DNA from: an uncultured Actinomycetota bacterium
GTDB lineage: Bacteria > Actinomycetota > Actinomycetes > JACCUZ01
DNA: 64,000 bases
Direction of reading: 5' to 3'
NCBI GenBank assembly: GCA_963726615.1
Contig: CAVSCX010000006.1
Coordinates: 67,343-131,342 of the forward strand
In this document: positions 35,501 through 45,214 of the stretch, piece by piece
Layout: each line of letters begins with the position of its first letter
Position numbering within the stretch: position 1 is the stretch's first letter
The notes under the pieces: model-generated
Seen by the model: the letters and a program-made list of their open reading frames with translations, nothing else
What the model was told of the DNA's origin: nothing
The model's database searches: none
Program-made: the position numbers and the translations under genes

Positions 35501-38482
35501 ATGACGCGAGGGACGACGATGAAGAAGGCAGCTCTGTCTCTGCTCGGCGCCGGTGCGCTGGCGGCCCTGGGCATCCTGGCGGGACCGGCTGGTCCGGCGT
35601 CCGCCGCCGCCGTGACGATCGACCTCTACACCGCAACGGGCACTACCAGCCTGCCCGGGGCGGCGTCGCTCCCGGTGTGGGGGTACCGCACCAGCGCGGG
35701 CGCGGTGACCCAGCCCGGTGGCCCGGTGCTCACTGTCGACGAGGGCGACACGGTCACCATCACGCTGCACAACGGCCTCTCCGAGTCCACGGGCCTGCTT
35801 CTGCAGGGCCAGCGAATGGTCCCGGACCGCAGCGGTGTGTCCGCCGGCGGCACCAAGACCTACAGCTTCACCGCGAGCGACCCGGGTACGTACCTGTACG
35901 AGGCAGCGCTGCTCCCGAACGCCCAGCACCAGGTGGCGATGGGGCTCTACGGCGCTCTCGTGGTCCGGCCCGCCGGCGCGCCCGGCCAGGCCTACGGTGC
36001 TGCGAGCACGGCGTTCGACGACCAGGCTGTGCTGCTCCTCAGTGAGATCGACCCGGCGTTGAACAACGCGGGCAACAAGGCGACCTTCGACATGCGCAAG
36101 TTCGCGCCGCGCTACTTCCTGGTCAACGGCAGGGCGCACCCGGCGACCACCACGATCCCGACCACAGGTGGGCGCACGGTGCTCCTGCGCTACGTCAACG
36201 CGGGCATCCAGTACCACTCGATGTCCGTCCTGGGCGCGCACCAACGGGTCATCGCCCTCGACGGCAGCCGGTTGGACTACGCCCGCAGGTACGTCGCGGA
36301 GACCTTCGGCCCCGGCCAGACCGCCGACGCCCTCGTCACGGCCCCGGCCGCGGCGACCGATACCAAGCTGAGCGTCTACGACGGCAGCCTGCAGCTGCAC
36401 AACAGCAACACCGGCGGGATCGGCGGCATGCTCACCTCGATCGACGTGGCGCCCAGCCTCTCGGGAGGCGACACGACCGGCCCGATCACCACGGCCGCGA
36501 CCTTGACGGGTACCACCCTGACCGCGCATGTCGACGACTCCACCCGGGGTGGTGCGGACGTCCAGGCGGCTGAGTACTTCCTCGACACTGTCGTCGCACC
36601 GGGCGACGGGACAGGCATGGCCGGTGCCTTCAGCTCGGCGGCAGTCGACGTCACCGCGACGTCGGTGTCGGTCCCGAGCGGGCATCACGTGCTTTACCTG
36701 CGAGGGCAGGACTCGACGGGCAACTGGGGGCCGCTCACCTCGGTGCTGGTCTCCGGCGGCGACGCCAACGGCCCGGTCACCAGGAGCGCGCTCCTCGCGC
36801 CCCGGCTCACGAACCACGCCAACACCGGCGGGGTGGCCGTCTCCGCGACCGGCGACGACAGCGGCACCGGAGGATCAGACATCACCGCCGGCGAGTACTG
36901 GATCGACGGCGGCTCGCACGTCGCCATGACTGTGAACACGGCAGCACCGGTGGCCAGCCTGGACGCCACCATCCCGGCCGGCGTCATCAACGGAGTCGGC
37001 GCTACCCCCGGGCTCGCCGAAGGCACCCGGGTCGTGTCCATCCGCAGCCAGGACGCCGGGGGCACCTGGGGCGCACCCGTCACGGTCAACCTGGTGGTGG
37101 ACGTCACACCACCGACGACTGGTGGCGTCTCGGTGAGCCCGACGCCGAACAACGGCACCCTGCCCGTCAACACCAGCACGCCGGCGGTGCGGGTCACTGC
37201 GACGAGCCTGTCGGACCCGATCTCCAGCGACGTCAACAGCCCGATCGGTGCCGCCGAGGTGTTCATCGACACGGTCGGTGCCAACGGCTCGGGCATCCCG
37301 CTGGGCGCCAGCGACGGGGTCTACAACGATCCGTCCGAGGGCGGGTACGCCGACATCCCGCTGTCGACCGTCAAGGCACTGGGCAACGGCCCGCACACGC
37401 TGTCCGTGCACGCCAAGGACGCTGCCGGCAACTGGGGCGCCTTCGCCACCACGACGCTGCTCGTCGACAAGGTCGGCCCCGCCGTCTCTGGCGCCTCGGC
37501 GACCCCGAACCCGACCCAGGCGGCCACGTCGGTGACGCTGACGGCGTCGGCGACGGACACCGCCACCGCCATCACGCAGGCCGAGTGGTTCACCGGGACC
37601 GACCCCGGCTTCGGGAACGGCACGCCGATGGCCATGTCCGGCTCCGGGCTCGGTCCGATCGGGCTCTCGGCCACCATCGACGTGAGCAGCTGGAACGAGG
37701 GCTCGTACGCCCTGCGGGTGCGGGCGAAGGACACGGCGGGCAACTGGGGGACGACCACGAGCACGACGCTCGCGGTGACCGCGCCGCTCGAGTTCTCCAC
37801 GTTCGGCAACACGAACCCGCCAGGTGTGACCGGCACGGCTGACGACGCGGACATCTACGGCTGGAGCGGGTCGGCGTTCAGCAGGGTGCTCGACATGTCG
37901 GCCGCGCCGTACAACCTGCCGGGCAACGCCAACGTGGACGGGTTCGACCGGGTCAGCCCGTCGACGTTCTACCTGTCCTTCAGCGGCGCGACCACCACCG
38001 TGCCCGGGCTCGGAGCGGTCCAGGACGAGGACGTGCTGTTCTGGAACGGCACCACCTGGTCGGTGTGGTTCGACGGGACGGCGCACGGCCTGACCGCCGC
38101 GAACCAGGACATCGACGCGATCAGCGTCGTCGGCTCCACGCTGTACTTCTCCACGGTCGGCAACACCAACCCGCCGGGAGTCGGCGGTGCGGCAGACGAT
38201 GCCGACATCTACAGCTGGAACGGCAGCTCCTACGCCCGGGTCTGGGACGCCACCGCCAACGGCCTCGCCGGCGCCGCCAACGTCGACGGCCTGGTGTTCC
38301 TGGACAGCAGCCACTTCTACCTGTCCTTCAGCCCCACCACCACGACCGTGCCCGGCCTGGGAGCCGTCGAGGACGAGGACGTGGTCTACAACAACGGCGG
38401 CACGTGGAAGGTCTACTTCGACGGCACCGCCCACGGACTGACGGCGGCCAACCTCGACGTGGACGCCTTCGATGTGCCGTGA
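35501..38482 (+). CDS. Secreted cupredoxin-like (ligand-less MCO-like) / Ig-like-domain protein with the shared C-terminal tandem-repeat domain
   Basis: Signal peptide (MKKAALSLLGAGALAALGILAGPAGPASA). Its N-terminal 280 aa are homologous to the N-terminus of the 34141 protein. GNWG-containing Ig-like repeats are present. The C-terminal repeats are identical in type to those of 28549-32730 and 40917-43412. Confidence 0.7.
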   Translation: MTRGTTMKKAALSLLGAGALAALGILAGPAGPASAAAVTIDLYTATGTTSLPGAASLPVWGYRTSAGAVTQPGGPVLTVDEGDTVTITLHNGLSESTGLLLQGQRMVPDRSGVSAGGTKTYSFTASDPGTYLYEAALLPNAQHQVAMGLYGALVVRPAGAPGQAYGAASTAFDDQAVLLLSEIDPALNNAGNKATFDMRKFAPRYFLVNGRAHPATTTIPTTGGRTVLLRYVNAGIQYHSMSVLGAHQRVIALDGSRLDYARRYVAETFGPGQTADALVTAPAAATDTKLSVYDGSLQLHNSNTGGIGGMLTSIDVAPSLSGGDTTGPITTAATLTGTTLTAHVDDSTRGGADVQAAEYFLDTVVAPGDGTGMAGAFSSAAVDVTATSVSVPSGHHVLYLRGQDSTGNWGPLTSVLVSGGDANGPVTRSALLAPRLTNHANTGGVAVSATGDDSGTGGSDITAGEYWIDGGSHVAMTVNTAAPVASLDATIPAGVINGVGATPGLAEGTRVVSIRSQDAGGTWGAPVTVNLVVDVTPPTTGGVSVSPTPNNGTLPVNTSTPAVRVTATSLSDPISSDVNSPIGAAEVFIDTVGANGSGIPLGASDGVYNDPSEGGYADIPLSTVKALGNGPHTLSVHAKDAAGNWGAFATTTLLVDKVGPAVSGASATPNPTQAATSVTLTASATDTATAITQAEWFTGTDPGFGNGTPMAMSGSGLGPIGLSATIDVSSWNEGSYALRVRAKDTAGNWGTTTSTTLAVTAPLEFSTFGNTNPPGVTGTADDADIYGWSGSAFSRVLDMSAAPYNLPGNANVDGFDRVSPSTFYLSFSGATTTVPGLGAVQDEDVLFWNGTTWSVWFDGTAHGLTAANQDIDAISVVGSTLYFSTVGNTNPPGVGGAADDADIYSWNGSSYARVWDATANGLAGAANVDGLVFLDSSHFYLSFSPTTTTVPGLGAVEDEDVVYNNGGTWKVYFDGTAHGLTAANLDVDAFDVP

Positions 38483-38551
38483 CGACTGGGCCGGCCGGCC
38501 TCCCACCCCTCACGGAGGCCGGCCGGCCCTAACCGAGGGGGAACGATCCGG

Positions 38552-39058
38552 ATGAGCACTGCGACCCTGCCCGACGCCGATGTCCAGCCGGAAGACCCGG
38601 CCCCGCCTCGCCGGTGGCGCTGGGCGGTGCTCGTCCTCGTGCTCGCCCTGCTCGCTGGTGGCTTCGCGGCCCGCGGCCTGTGGGCCGAGCAGAAGGCGGA
38701 CATCCGCTCGGGAACGACGCTGGTGGACGCCGACGGGCTGGCGGCCCGCTACGGCGTGAAGGTCACACTGCTGGCCGTGACCGCAGCGGGGGGCCTCGTC
38801 GAGCTCCGCTACCAGGTCGTCGACCCGGACAAGGCCGACGCCCTGCGGCACGACCTCGAGCTCGTCCCGGCCATCGTGGTCGAGGACACCGGGGCCACCT
38901 TGGTGCTGTCCTCGCTCCCGCACAACCATGGTGAGACCCGGCTGGGCGGCACCTACTTCTTCCTGTTCCCCAACGCACAGAACGCGCTCCACGCCGGCAC
39001 GCTGGTGACCCTTGTGGTGGGCGACGTGCGACTCGAGCACGTGAAGGCGCAGGGATGA
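38552..39058 (+). CDS. Membrane-anchored hypothetical protein, a possible periplasmic accessory of CopCD
   Basis: 168 aa with one N-terminal TM helix (WRWAVLVLVLALLAGGFAA). It is translationally coupled to the downstream CopC-CopD gene (stop overlaps start at 39055). Confidence 0.5.
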   Translation: MSTATLPDADVQPEDPAPPRRWRWAVLVLVLALLAGGFAARGLWAEQKADIRSGTTLVDADGLAARYGVKVTLLAVTAAGGLVELRYQVVDPDKADALRHDLELVPAIVVEDTGATLVLSSLPHNHGETRLGGTYFFLFPNAQNALHAGTLVTLVVGDVRLEHVKAQG

Positions 39059-40920
39059 CCGGAGGACGCTCGTGCGTGGTGCGCCGGCTCGCGTGGAGCC
39101 TGCTCGCTGCCGTGACCGTGCTCGTCCTGTCGGCAGTACCGGCGTCGGCTCACAGCGAGATCGAACGGTCCGACCCGCCGAACGGCGGCATGGTCGCCGT
39201 GGGCAGGACCACTCTGTCGCTCTCGTTCGGGGAGCGCGTCAACACCGGGGCGAGCACGTTCGAGCTGCACAGCCGGGACGGGACGCGCGCCGAGGCAACG
39301 GTCGAGCCGGCCGGCCGTGACGGCGGCCGGGTCGTGCAGCTGAGCACCGCGCCGCTGGCCTTCGGCATCTATAGCTTGGACTGGCGGGTCCTCTCGCTCG
39401 AGGACGGGCACCCGTCAAGCGGCTCGATCGTGTTCGGCGTCGGGCTGCGACCCGTCCTGGTGCCCTCGGGCGGCGCCGTCCGCCCGGAAGGCCCGAGCCT
39501 CGTCCTGCGGTGGGTGGACCTGTCGGCGATGCTGCTCGCGATCGGCGCGCTGGCGGTCTCCGGCCGGGTGCTCGGCTCGATGGGTGAAGCGGGGGCAGGT
39601 CCCCGACGACGGGCCCGCCGGATCGCCGCGGCGGCGGCCGGGCTGGCGATCGTGTCGGGGGCGCTCACACCAGTCGTGCGGACCCAGCGCGGGGGCAGCT
39701 CCCTCGGCGAGTGGGCAGGGCAGATCTGGGCGACCCTGACCGGCACCCCGTGGGGCCACCTGTGGCTGGCCCGGGAGCTCGCCGTCCTGCTGGCCGCGGG
39801 CGCGTTGTTGTCCTGGGCGACCAGGCGGCCGGACTCGGCCGGCCGGGTCCGGATCGCGCTGGTCGCCCTGGTGGCGTCCGCGTGGCTGGAGGGCTGGGCC
39901 GGGCACGCCTCGGCCCTGCCGACCCGGTCCGCGCTCGCTGGTCTTGCCGCGTCCGCCCACCTCGTCGCGGCGGGCGTCTGGGCCGGCGGCCTCGTCGTCC
40001 TGGCCCTGTGCGTGCTCCCGGTGATGCGGCGCGCCCCGGACCTTCGAGGTCCCGTCCTGGCGTCGGTGTGGCGAACGTTCAGCCCACGCGCTGCCGTCGC
40101 GTCGGTCGTCCTGCTGGCGACCGGTCTCTACGAGGCCGGGCGGCACGTGCCGACGCTGGGCTCGGTCACCGCGACGCTGTACGGCGGTGCCGTGGCCGCG
40201 AAGACGCTGCTGGTACTGCTGGCGCTGGCCCTGGCCGCGGTGAACACGCTTGTCGTCAACCCACGGCTGGCGGCGCGGGTGGGCCGGGCGATCGGGCGAC
40301 CTGAAGGGTGGGCGCCGGTGTCATTGCGACGGTTCACCACCGTGGTGATGGCCGAGGTGCTCGTCCTGGTCGTGGCGGCGGGGACCGCGGCTGTGCTCAC
40401 CTCCGTCCCGACCGCCCGCGAGATCGCTGCCGCCGCCCCGGTGACGGCTCCGGCATTCGACACCGTCGACGGCCTCTTCCTCACGGTCGAGGACGTTCCC
40501 GCGGGGCCGCACCGGAGCCGGCTGATCGTGCGGGTGCGGGCCACCGTCCTGCCCGAGCCGGCGCCCGTGACCGGAGTGGTGGTCCGTCTCGTCGGCCCCC
40601 GTGGCAGGCCGTCGCGCGTCACCCCGGAGCCGGTGGAGCCGGGCCGGTACGAAGCCGAGAAGCGCGCACCGTCCCCCGGGCGCTGGACCGCCCGGGTCGC
40701 CGTGCACCGGGCGGGGCTGCCGGACTCCGTGGCGCGGGTCCGGTGGACGGTGGCAGCGCCGACCTCGAACACGGTCCGCCCGCTCGAGGTTGTCACCACC
40801 GGCGTCGCCGGGCTGCTGCTGGCTGCCCTGCTGACTGTCGTCTGGCACGCCCGCGTGCGCCGACCGCCCGCGGCTCCCGGGCCGGTCGCACCCGTGCTGA
40901 CCGACGCGAGCCGGCGATGA
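39055..40920 (+). CDS. CopC-CopD fusion copper-resistance/uptake membrane protein
   Basis: N-terminal CopC domain (signal peptide then AHSEIERSDPPNG) followed by eight predicted TM helices of CopD type. Confidence 0.8.
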   Translation: MTGGRSCVVRRLAWSLLAAVTVLVLSAVPASAHSEIERSDPPNGGMVAVGRTTLSLSFGERVNTGASTFELHSRDGTRAEATVEPAGRDGGRVVQLSTAPLAFGIYSLDWRVLSLEDGHPSSGSIVFGVGLRPVLVPSGGAVRPEGPSLVLRWVDLSAMLLAIGALAVSGRVLGSMGEAGAGPRRRARRIAAAAAGLAIVSGALTPVVRTQRGGSSLGEWAGQIWATLTGTPWGHLWLARELAVLLAAGALLSWATRRPDSAGRVRIALVALVASAWLEGWAGHASALPTRSALAGLAASAHLVAAGVWAGGLVVLALCVLPVMRRAPDLRGPVLASVWRTFSPRAAVASVVLLATGLYEAGRHVPTLGSVTATLYGGAVAAKTLLVLLALALAAVNTLVVNPRLAARVGRAIGRPEGWAPVSLRRFTTVVMAEVLVLVVAAGTAAVLTSVPTAREIAAAAPVTAPAFDTVDGLFLTVEDVPAGPHRSRLIVRVRATVLPEPAPVTGVVVRLVGPRGRPSRVTPEPVEPGRYEAEKRAPSPGRWTARVAVHRAGLPDSVARVRWTVAAPTSNTVRPLEVVTTGVAGLLLAALLTVVWHARVRRPPAAPGPVAPVLTDASRR

Positions 40921-43412
40921 GGCGGCTCTGTGTCGGCGCCGTGGCCGTGGCCGTCGCCGTCCTGCTCGCGGCGCCGACCCAGGTGTCGGCACGAACGATC
41001 CCCGAGCCCGCCCCGGGAACGCTCCGGCCGGACGTCGTGGCCCTGCTCGACAGCGCCGCTCCCGGTGACGAGGTCACCGTGATCGTCACGCTGCGGGACC
41101 GGGCAGACCTCCGTGGCCTGCGGCATCGGCCGCGCAAGGCCCGGCTGAGGGGCGTCATCACCGAGCTCCGGTCGACCGCAGAGTCCGCGCAGGTGCCGTT
41201 GCGCGGCCGCCTGCGCACCCTCGCGCGCCAGGGCACGGTGGCCGCCGCCACGCCGCTGTGGATCGTCAACGGGATCGCGGTGACCGCCACACCCGCCGTC
41301 GTCCGCGAGCTGGCGACACGTCCGGACGTCGCGAGCATCACCCCGGACGAGGTCCCCGTCGTCACCACTGCGGGCAGCCCCGAGCCGAACCAGGTCGCCA
41401 TCGGCGCACCCTCGCTCTGGGGCCTCGGGCAGTCCGGTCAGGGCGTGGTGGTGGCCAACCTGGACACCGGCGTGGACCTGTCCCATCCCGACCTCGCCGC
41501 ACGGTGGCGTGGCGGGAGCAACAGCTGGTACGACCCGTACGGGCAGCACCCCTCGACACCCACGGACCTGTCCGGCCACGGCACCGCGACCATGGGGGTG
41601 ATGGTCGGGGGCGACTCGGGCGGGACCTCGATCGGGACGGCCCCCGGCGCGAGCTGGATCGCAGCCAGGATCTTCAACGACTCCGGCGTCGCGACGGCGA
41701 CCGCGATCCACCAGGCGTTCCAGTGGGTGCTCGACCCCGATCACGACCCGGCCACCGATGACGCCCCGCGCGTCGTGAACGGTTCGTGGTCGATCGGCTC
41801 CGGCCCGGGTTGCGACCTGTCCTTCCAGCCCGACGTCCAGTCCTTGCGGGCGGCAGGCATCCTGCCCGTGTTCGCCGCCGGCAACTTCGGCTCGGGGGCA
41901 TCGAGCAGCGTCAGCCCGGCCAACTACCCGGAGTCGCTGTCGGTCGGTGCCGTGCTGGCCAGCAACAAGGTCTACTCGGCGAGCAGCCGCGGTCCCTCCG
42001 GCTGCGGCGGCCGGGCCCGGGTCTTCCCAGACGTCGTCGCTCCGGGTGTGAACGTGTACTCCGCGGACCGCTACGGCCTCTACCAGTACGCCTCGGGCAC
42101 CTCGATGGCCGCGCCGCACGCATCGGGTGCGCTGGCCCTGCTCCTGGCTGCCCACCCCGGGCTCACACCGGACCAGCAGCAGGCGGCGGTCACCACCACG
42201 GCGAGGGACCTGGGCGTGGCCGGACCGGACGACAGCTACGGCAACGGGCTGCTCGACCTTCCGGCCGCGAACCAGTCACTCGGAGGAACGCCGCAGCCGT
42301 CGCCCGACTTCGGCGTGTCCGTCGACCCGCCCGAAGCCGCTGTGACGCCCGGCGGCGGTTCGACCTGGACGGTCGCGGTCACGCCGGCGAACGGCTTCAC
42401 CGCAGATGTCGCGCTCTCGCTGTCCGGACTGGGCGCCGGCCAGGCGACCTGGTCGTTCAACCCTGCCACGGTCCCCGCGGGGACGGGCGCGTCCCAGCTG
42501 ACGGTGACCACCTCGTCGTCCCTCGGGGCGGGCAGCTATCCGCTGACGGTCACCGCCACGAGCGGCGCGCTCACCAGGACCACCACGGCGTCCCTCACGG
42601 TCGCGGCGCTTCCGCCGCCGCCTCCGCCGCCGCCGCCTCCGCCGCCACCGCCTCCGCCGCCACCGCCTCCGCCGCCTCCGCCGCCTCCGCCGCCGCCTCT
42701 CCCGACACCGGTGGGACTGGAGTTCTCGACTCTCGGCCTCACCCGGCCGCCCGGCGTCGCCGGAAGCGCTGACGACGCGGACATCTACGGCTGGAACGGG
42801 TCGGTGTTCAGCCGAGTGCTCGACCTGTCGGCGGCGCCGTACAGGCTGCCGGCCAAGGCCAAGGTGGACGGCTTCGACCGGGTCAGCCCGACCTCGTTCT
42901 ACCTGTCCTTCAGCGCCGCGAACACCACCGTCCCGGGTCTCGGGGCGGTCCAGGACGAGGACGTGGTGCTCTGGACGGGCACGAGGTGGACGCTGTACTT
43001 CGACGGCACCTCACGCGGGCTGACCGCCGACAACGAGGACCTCGACGCGATCAGCGTCGTCGGCTCGACGCTGTACTTCTCCACCGTCGGCAACACCAAC
43101 CCGCCGGGAGTTGCCGGGGCGGCGGACGATGCCGACATCTACAGCTGGAACGGCAGGTCCTTCGCCCGCGTCTGGGACGCGACCGCCCACGGGCTCGCCG
43201 GCGCGGCGAAGGTCGACGGCCTGGTGTTCCGTGACGCCACCCACTTCCACCTGTCCTTCAGCGCCGCGAACACCACCGTGCCGGGTCTCGGCGCGGTCCA
43301 GGACGAGGACGTGGTCTACGACAACGGCGGCACCTGGTCGGTCTACTTCGACGGCACGGCACACGGGTTGACCGGCAACACCCTCGACCTGGACGCCTTC
43401 GACCTGAGGTAG
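40917..43412 (+). CDS. Secreted subtilisin-like serine protease (peptidase S8) with a poly-Pro linker and the shared C-terminal tandem-repeat domain
   Basis: Catalytic triad regions (VVANLDTGV, HGTATMG, GTSMAAPHASG). A run of 28 prolines. The C-terminal repeats end ...LDLDAFDLR. Its ATG overlaps the CopCD stop (ATGA). Confidence 0.85.
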   Translation: MRRLCVGAVAVAVAVLLAAPTQVSARTIPEPAPGTLRPDVVALLDSAAPGDEVTVIVTLRDRADLRGLRHRPRKARLRGVITELRSTAESAQVPLRGRLRTLARQGTVAAATPLWIVNGIAVTATPAVVRELATRPDVASITPDEVPVVTTAGSPEPNQVAIGAPSLWGLGQSGQGVVVANLDTGVDLSHPDLAARWRGGSNSWYDPYGQHPSTPTDLSGHGTATMGVMVGGDSGGTSIGTAPGASWIAARIFNDSGVATATAIHQAFQWVLDPDHDPATDDAPRVVNGSWSIGSGPGCDLSFQPDVQSLRAAGILPVFAAGNFGSGASSSVSPANYPESLSVGAVLASNKVYSASSRGPSGCGGRARVFPDVVAPGVNVYSADRYGLYQYASGTSMAAPHASGALALLLAAHPGLTPDQQQAAVTTTARDLGVAGPDDSYGNGLLDLPAANQSLGGTPQPSPDFGVSVDPPEAAVTPGGGSTWTVAVTPANGFTADVALSLSGLGAGQATWSFNPATVPAGTGASQLTVTTSSSLGAGSYPLTVTATSGALTRTTTASLTVAALPPPPPPPPPPPPPPPPPPPPPPPPPPPPPLPTPVGLEFSTLGLTRPPGVAGSADDADIYGWNGSVFSRVLDLSAAPYRLPAKAKVDGFDRVSPTSFYLSFSAANTTVPGLGAVQDEDVVLWTGTRWTLYFDGTSRGLTADNEDLDAISVVGSTLYFSTVGNTNPPGVAGAADDADIYSWNGRSFARVWDATAHGLAGAAKVDGLVFRDATHFHLSFSAANTTVPGLGAVQDEDVVYDNGGTWSVYFDGTAHGLTGNTLDLDAFDLR
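42610..42698 (+). repeat. Simple-sequence (CCGCCGCCT)n-like repeat encoding a roughly 28-residue poly-proline linker
   Basis: Near-perfect 9-bp (3-codon) units within the S8 protease gene. Confidence 0.8.
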
Positions 43413-43458
43413 CGGACGCGGGGTGAACCGGCCTGAAGGTCCGGGCAGCGACCGACCG

Positions 43459-44577
43459 TCAGGCGGACAGGGCTGGAGCCGCGGCCGGAACCACCGGCGC
43501 GGTCGCCCGCGCCGGGTCGCGGAGCGGGATCCGTATGCCGACCAGAGCACCGCCGAGCTGGGACCGGGCCACGAGCACGTCGCCGCCGTGCGCCTCCGCT
43601 GCGGCCCGCACGTAGGCGAGCCCCAGACCCGTGCCGCCGCGCTCGGCGCTCTTGCGCCAGAACCGCTGGAACACCGCCTTGGCGTCCTCGGCCGCGATGC
43701 CGGGCCCGCTGTCGGCCACGCCCAGGAGCGCCGAGTTCTCGACCCGGCGACAGACGATCCGGACCTCGTCGCCCGGACCGGTCACGGCGACGGCGTTCTC
43801 GACCAGGGCATCAAGGGCGATCCGCGCGACGTCGTCGTCGGCCAGCGTCCCCATCGCGTCGGGGGCCTCCAACGACCACCGCCGCTCCACCGAGACCGAC
43901 CACCTGTCGTGCACGTCGGTCGCGAGCTGCCGCAGGTCGACCGCCCTCGGTGACAGCACGTCAGGGCGCTCCAGCTCGGCGATGGCGAGCAGGCGGCTGG
44001 CCATCCGGCCGATGCGGTCCAGCTCCGCGAGCGCGACGTCCGCATCGTGGCGGACCAGGTCGTCGTCGTCGGCGGCGGAGTCCCGGAGCAGCTCGATGTG
44101 ACCGCGGGCGATCGTGAGGGGTGTGCGCAGCGCGTGGGAGGTGTCCCGCGCGAGCTCGTGCTCGTGCAGCCGCCGCTCACGCTCCAGCTGCGCCATGTGC
44201 TCGACCTGCCGCTGCATCGCGAACCGGCGCCGGGCGTGCCACACCATCGCGCCGAGGATCGCCGGCATGAGGACGATCTCGAACATCTCGTCGCCCGGGA
44301 TCTGCCCGTCGACCCAGTGGAGGTAGAAGATGACGCCGGTCGTCGCCACGATCCCGCCGAGGACTGCGATGGTCACCGCCAGGGACCACACCCGGAAGCC
44401 GTAGACGGCAGCGAAGCTCACGAACAGGATGTGGTAAGGCACGGTCTCGAACCCGTGCATGACAAGCGTCGCGTACAGGAGCAGACCTGTCCACGCCGCG
44501 AACGCGAGGTCCACGCCGAGGCGCCAAGGACGACCTCCGGACGCGGCCGCCTCAGACGGCGAGCGCGTAGCCGACAT
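43459..44577 (-). CDS. Sensor histidine kinase (intramembrane-sensing type, four TM helices with no large periplasmic domain)
   Basis: HisKA region (HELARDTSHALRTPLT) and HATPase_c (GTGLGLAYV). Its start overlaps the upstream RR gene by 26 nt. Confidence 0.85.
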   Translation of the reverse strand: MSATRSPSEAAASGGRPWRLGVDLAFAAWTGLLLYATLVMHGFETVPYHILFVSFAAVYGFRVWSLAVTIAVLGGIVATTGVIFYLHWVDGQIPGDEMFEIVLMPAILGAMVWHARRRFAMQRQVEHMAQLERERRLHEHELARDTSHALRTPLTIARGHIELLRDSAADDDDLVRHDADVALAELDRIGRMASRLLAIAELERPDVLSPRAVDLRQLATDVHDRWSVSVERRWSLEAPDAMGTLADDDVARIALDALVENAVAVTGPGDEVRIVCRRVENSALLGVADSGPGIAAEDAKAVFQRFWRKSAERGGTGLGLAYVRAAAEAHGGDVLVARSQLGGALVGIRIPLRDPARATAPVVPAAAPALSA

Positions 44578-45214
44578 TGCGGATGGTCTCGATGAGGCCG
44601 TCCCCGAGCTTGCTGCGCAGCCGGCCCACGGTCACGTCCACCACGTTGCTGCCAGGGTCGAAGGCGTAGCCCCAGACCTCCCGGAGCAGCTCGTCGCGCG
44701 AGCACACCGACCCCTCGCGGCGCATCAGGTGCTGGACGAGGAGGAACTCTCGCGGGCTGAGATCGGCGGTGTGCCCGGACCAGGTGATCCGGTGTCGCGA
44801 CATGTCCAGCTGCACTCCGGCCGCCGAGACCATGGCGGCTCCTGAGATCGGTGCCGGCTCGGTGAGGCGCGAGCGCACCCTCGCCTTGAACTCGCGGACC
44901 ACGAACGGCTTGCCCACGTAGTCGACGGCGCCGCGCTCGAGGCAGGTGACGCGAGAGTCGGTGTCGCCGATGGCGGACAGCACGAACACCCGCTGCTGGG
45001 GCTTCGTCTCGAGCAGGGCCGACAGGACGGCCGTCCCCGGCATGTCCGGCAGCAGCAGGTCGAGGATCACCAGATCCCAGTCCTCGGTGCAGGCGCGGTG
45101 CAGACCGCTGAGACCGTCCGCAGCCGTGGCAACGGCGTACCCCTCGGGCTCCAGGATCCGACGCAGGAGCCGTCTCAGCCCTACCTCGTCGTCGATGCAC
45201 AAAATCCGGCTCAT
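44552..45214 (-). CDS. OmpR/PhoB-family response regulator
   Basis: Receiver domain (ILCIDDE...LVILDLLLPDMPG) with a winged-helix C-terminus (VDVTVGRLRSKL...IETIRNVGYAL). ATG at 45214, so the 526-aa ORF in the track is an upstream extension. Confidence 0.85.
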   Translation of the reverse strand: MSRILCIDDEVGLRRLLRRILEPEGYAVATAADGLSGLHRACTEDWDLVILDLLLPDMPGTAVLSALLETKPQQRVFVLSAIGDTDSRVTCLERGAVDYVGKPFVVREFKARVRSRLTEPAPISGAAMVSAAGVQLDMSRHRITWSGHTADLSPREFLLVQHLMRREGSVCSRDELLREVWGYAFDPGSNVVDVTVGRLRSKLGDGLIETIRNVGYALAV

